From Pristiophorus japonicus (Eukaryota): 64,000 bases of DNA. This document shows, one piece after another, positions 61,125 to 64,000 of the stretch. The stretch is taken from positions 145,824,001 to 145,888,000 of the forward strand of contig NC_091984.1 in the NCBI RefSeq assembly GCF_044704955.1, given 5' to 3'. Numbering within the stretch: the first letter of the stretch is position 1; each line of letters starts with the position of its first letter. The notes beneath the pieces are model-generated. The model saw nothing but the letters and a program-made list of their open reading frames with translations, was not told the origin of the DNA and searched no databases. The position numbers were made by a program, and so were the translations under genes.

Positions 61125-61400
61125 GGCAGTGTCGAGGGAGCTTTACTCTGTATCTAACCCGTGCTGTACCTGCCCTGGGAGGGTTTGATGGGGCAGTGTA
61201 GAGGGAGCTTTACTCTGTATCTAACCCGTGCTGTACCTGCCCTGGGAGGGTTTGATAGGGCAGTGTGGAGGGAGCTTTACTCTGTATCTAACCCGTGCTG
61301 TACCTGCCCTGGGAGTGTTTGATGGGACAGTGTCGAGGGAGCTATACTCTGTGTCTAACCCGTGCTGTACCTGCCCTGGGAGTGTTTGATGGGACAGTGT
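61125..61400 (+). repeat. 67-bp tandem repeat (gagggagctttactctgtatctaacccgtgctgtacctgccctggg...), about 4 copies
   Basis: Units start at 61134, 61201, 61268 and 61335. Confidence 0.9.
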
Positions 61401-61595
61401 TGACTCATGCTGCCAAGTAAAACCTCTCGAAGATGCTGAAGAGTTTCAGCAGAGTAAAACTAATGTTAAACTGCGAAGTGCCGCTTCAGTAAGCAGACCC
61501 CCTCCCTGCTCACCCTGCTGTTACAATTCAAGGTTTTGTCCCCGTTTAAAGGGACAGGATTCTCACGGTGTGGAGAAAATCCCCACAACTTTTTT

Positions 61596-61696
61596 AATAA
61601 AGCTGCATTCTCCCTGTGAATGTCCCCAGCTCGATCTCGCTGGGCTGTTTATTCAAGTCTTGTTTCTGTAAATGTGAATCTGTAAAAGGCAATAAA
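61596..61696 (+). terminator. Candidate polyadenylation signals of the Ig C transcript
   Basis: AATAAA at 61596 and 61691, both also present in the inverted paralog. Confidence 0.45.
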
Positions 61697-62329
61697 CGTG
61701 AAGAATATTCAGTCTGTGTCTGGCGAGTGCTTTGGAAATGTCCCACCTCCCCCTCAGCTGGATTGGCTGCATTTCAGTAAGTGTCTGTCCTGATTGGCTG
61801 GGTGAGCTGTCAATCAAGGGCACGTCAGCAGGAGATTTGATTCAAAGCCAATTATCAATCATTTTGAAACGATCAATTTGACCTTGAACCCCTGGAGTGC
61901 ACAAGATTAAACACAGAGACACTAAAAGCTGCTGGGATTAAACCCTCCCAGTCTGAGCATTGGCTCTCACTCTGCACACTGGGGGTGTTGGGGCAGCCCC
62001 TGATGGTGGGATCGCACTGTGCACTCTGTGCTGATTGCTGGGGGCAATCTGGAGGCAGGAGGCCACAGTCACAATATTGCATTCTCTCTCCTTAACGTGT
62101 GGCTCGTGGCAGCAGCACAAAACTGTACCGAGTGAGGCCTCAGCTTAGGGAGAGGAGCAGTCAGTGTATCACCATGTACATGTTCCTGAGTGTTAGTGTG
62201 GCTTACCCAGCACCGCCTGTAGGTGTGTGTGTATGTGTATGACTGTTCCCCAGTACTGTCTGTCGGGGTGTGTGTGTGTGTTTATGTGTGTGAGTGACTG
62301 TTACCCAGTACTCTCTGTTGGTGTGTGTT

Positions 62330-63235
62330 CAGAACATAAGAAATAGGAGCAGGACTAGACCATTGCTCCCTCGAGCCTGCTCCGCCATTCACTAAGATAA
62401 TGGCTTATCTGATCATGGTCTCATCTCCACTTCCCCGCCCGTTCTCCAGAATCTTTCACTCCCTTATTGCTCAATAATCTATCTATCGCTGCCTTAAATA
62501 TATCCAATGTCCCAGCCTCCACAGCTCTCTGGGACAGAGAATTCCACAGATTTACAACGCTCTGAGAGAAGAAATTCTTCCTCAACTCAATTTTAAATGG
62601 GCGGCCCCGAATTCTGAGACTATGTCCCCTAGTTTTAGTTTCCCTATGAGTGGAAATATCCTCTCTGCATCCACCTTTTCGAGCCCCCTCATTATCTTAT
62701 ATGTTGTGATACGATCATCTCTCATTCTTCTGAACTCCAATATGTGTTGGCCCAACCTGCTCAAACTATCTTCATAAGTCAACCTCCTCAGCTCCGAAAT
62801 CGACCTCATGAACGTTTTCTGAACAGCCTCCAATTCAAATACATCCTTCATTAAATACGGAGACCAAAATTGTACGCAGTACTCTCGGTTTGGTCTCAGC
62901 AATACCCTGTACAGTTGTAGCAGGTCTTCCCTGCTTTTATATTCTATCCCCCTTGCAATAAAGGCCAACATTCCATTTGCCTTCCTGATCACTTGTTGTA
63001 CCTGCATACTAAACTTTTGTGTTTCATGCACAAGGACCCTCAGTTCCAACTGTTCTACAGCACTTTGCAATCTTTCTCGATTTAACTTCTAATTTATTTT
63101 TCTATTATTTCTGCCAAAGTAGATAACCTCACATCTTCCCACATTATACTCCATCTGCCAAATTTTTGCCCACGCACTTAGCCTGTCTAAATCCCTTTGC
63201 AGATTTTGTGTCCTCATAATTTGCTTTCCGCGCAT
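62330..63235 (-). mobile_element. CR1 LINE 3' portion
   Basis: QVQQVIRKANGMLAFIARGIEYKS..EYCVQFWSPY; paralogous to 37075-37980. Confidence 0.88.
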
Positions 63236-63484
63236 TGTCGTGTATTCAACTGTCATTGTAACCCATGTATAAACTGACCTAAGTTGTACACCATGAGAAC
63301 ATTGACCACTAGGTGGTGAATTGTGGGAGACACTCCTAACCTGGACTTTCAGGTATAAAAGTGGAAGCTCCACCCACCTTCATCACTTCAGTGCTGGCTA
63401 ATAAAAGTTACTGGTCACAGACTGACTTTCTCTCAAGTATGGGCCTCGTGTGCATTTATACTGTATAGTAAGGACATATTAACA
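63236..63484 (+). mobile_element. Solo Gypsy LTR (same family as 57092-57325)
   Basis: tgtcgtgtattcaac..gtaacccatgtata..ctgacctaagttgtacac..taaggacatattaaca. Confidence 0.85.
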
Positions 63485-63489
63485 ATGAT

Positions 63490-63885
63490 CAGGAGGATGC
63501 CATTCAGCCTCTCGAGCCTGCTCCGCCATTCAATGAGATCATGGCTGATCTTCTACCTCAACTCCACTTTCCTGCACTGTCCCCATATCCCTCGATTCCC
63601 TTAATATCCACAAATCTATCGATCTCCGTCTTGAATATCGTCAAAGACTGAGCCTCCACAGCCCTCTGGGGTAGAGAATTCCAGAGATTCACCACCCTTT
63701 GAGTGAAGAGATTTCTCCACATCTCAGACCTAAATGGCCGACCTCTTATTCTGAGACTGTGACCCCTGGTTCTAGACTCCCCAGCCAGAGGAAACATCCT
63801 CCCTGCATCTACCCTGTCAAGCCCTGTCAGAATTGTGTATGTTTCAATGAAATCCCCTCTCATTCTTCTAAACTCGAGAGATTAT
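63490..63885 (-). mobile_element. CR1 LINE 3' end
   Basis: MRGDFIETYTILTGLDRVDAGRMFPLAGESRTRGHSLRIRG. Confidence 0.88.
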
Positions 63886-64000
63886 AGGCCTTGGAACTTG
63901 TGGAACCAAGGCGGGTAGATGGAGTTCAGATACAGATGAGCCGTGATCTGATTGAATGGGGGAACAGGCTCGAGGGGATGAATGGCCTCCTCCTGTTCAT

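Overview
Repeat-dense vertebrate DNA, almost certainly from a cartilaginous fish (shark). The evidence is shark-type CR1/L2/DeuSINE repeats, a shark kappa-type Ig light-chain J-C remnant and a shark-type GPR139-like pseudogene. No intact host gene is evident. Most of the window is nested CR1, L2, RTE, Tx1, Gypsy, env-bearing retroviral-like and Harbinger debris, plus minisatellites and one N-gap. Two things stand out. (1) A poly(A)-tailed short retroposon, six copies here, built as a chimera of spliceosomal snRNAs: U2 5' stem, U1 5' end/stem-loop I, U2 Sm site, doubled SL III and SL IV, then a second U2 5' stem and a unique tail. One copy shares an exact target site with a Tx1-clade LINE, and three copies form a head-to-tail trimer. 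(2) Two full-length copies of a non-autonomous LTR element that carry different cargo at the same internal slot; one cargo consists of CIRBP/RBM3-like and ADAD-like mRNA fragments. There is also an inverted paralogous duplication of the Ig C 3' flank. All family assignments come from motif recognition and recalled reference sequences, not from database searches.
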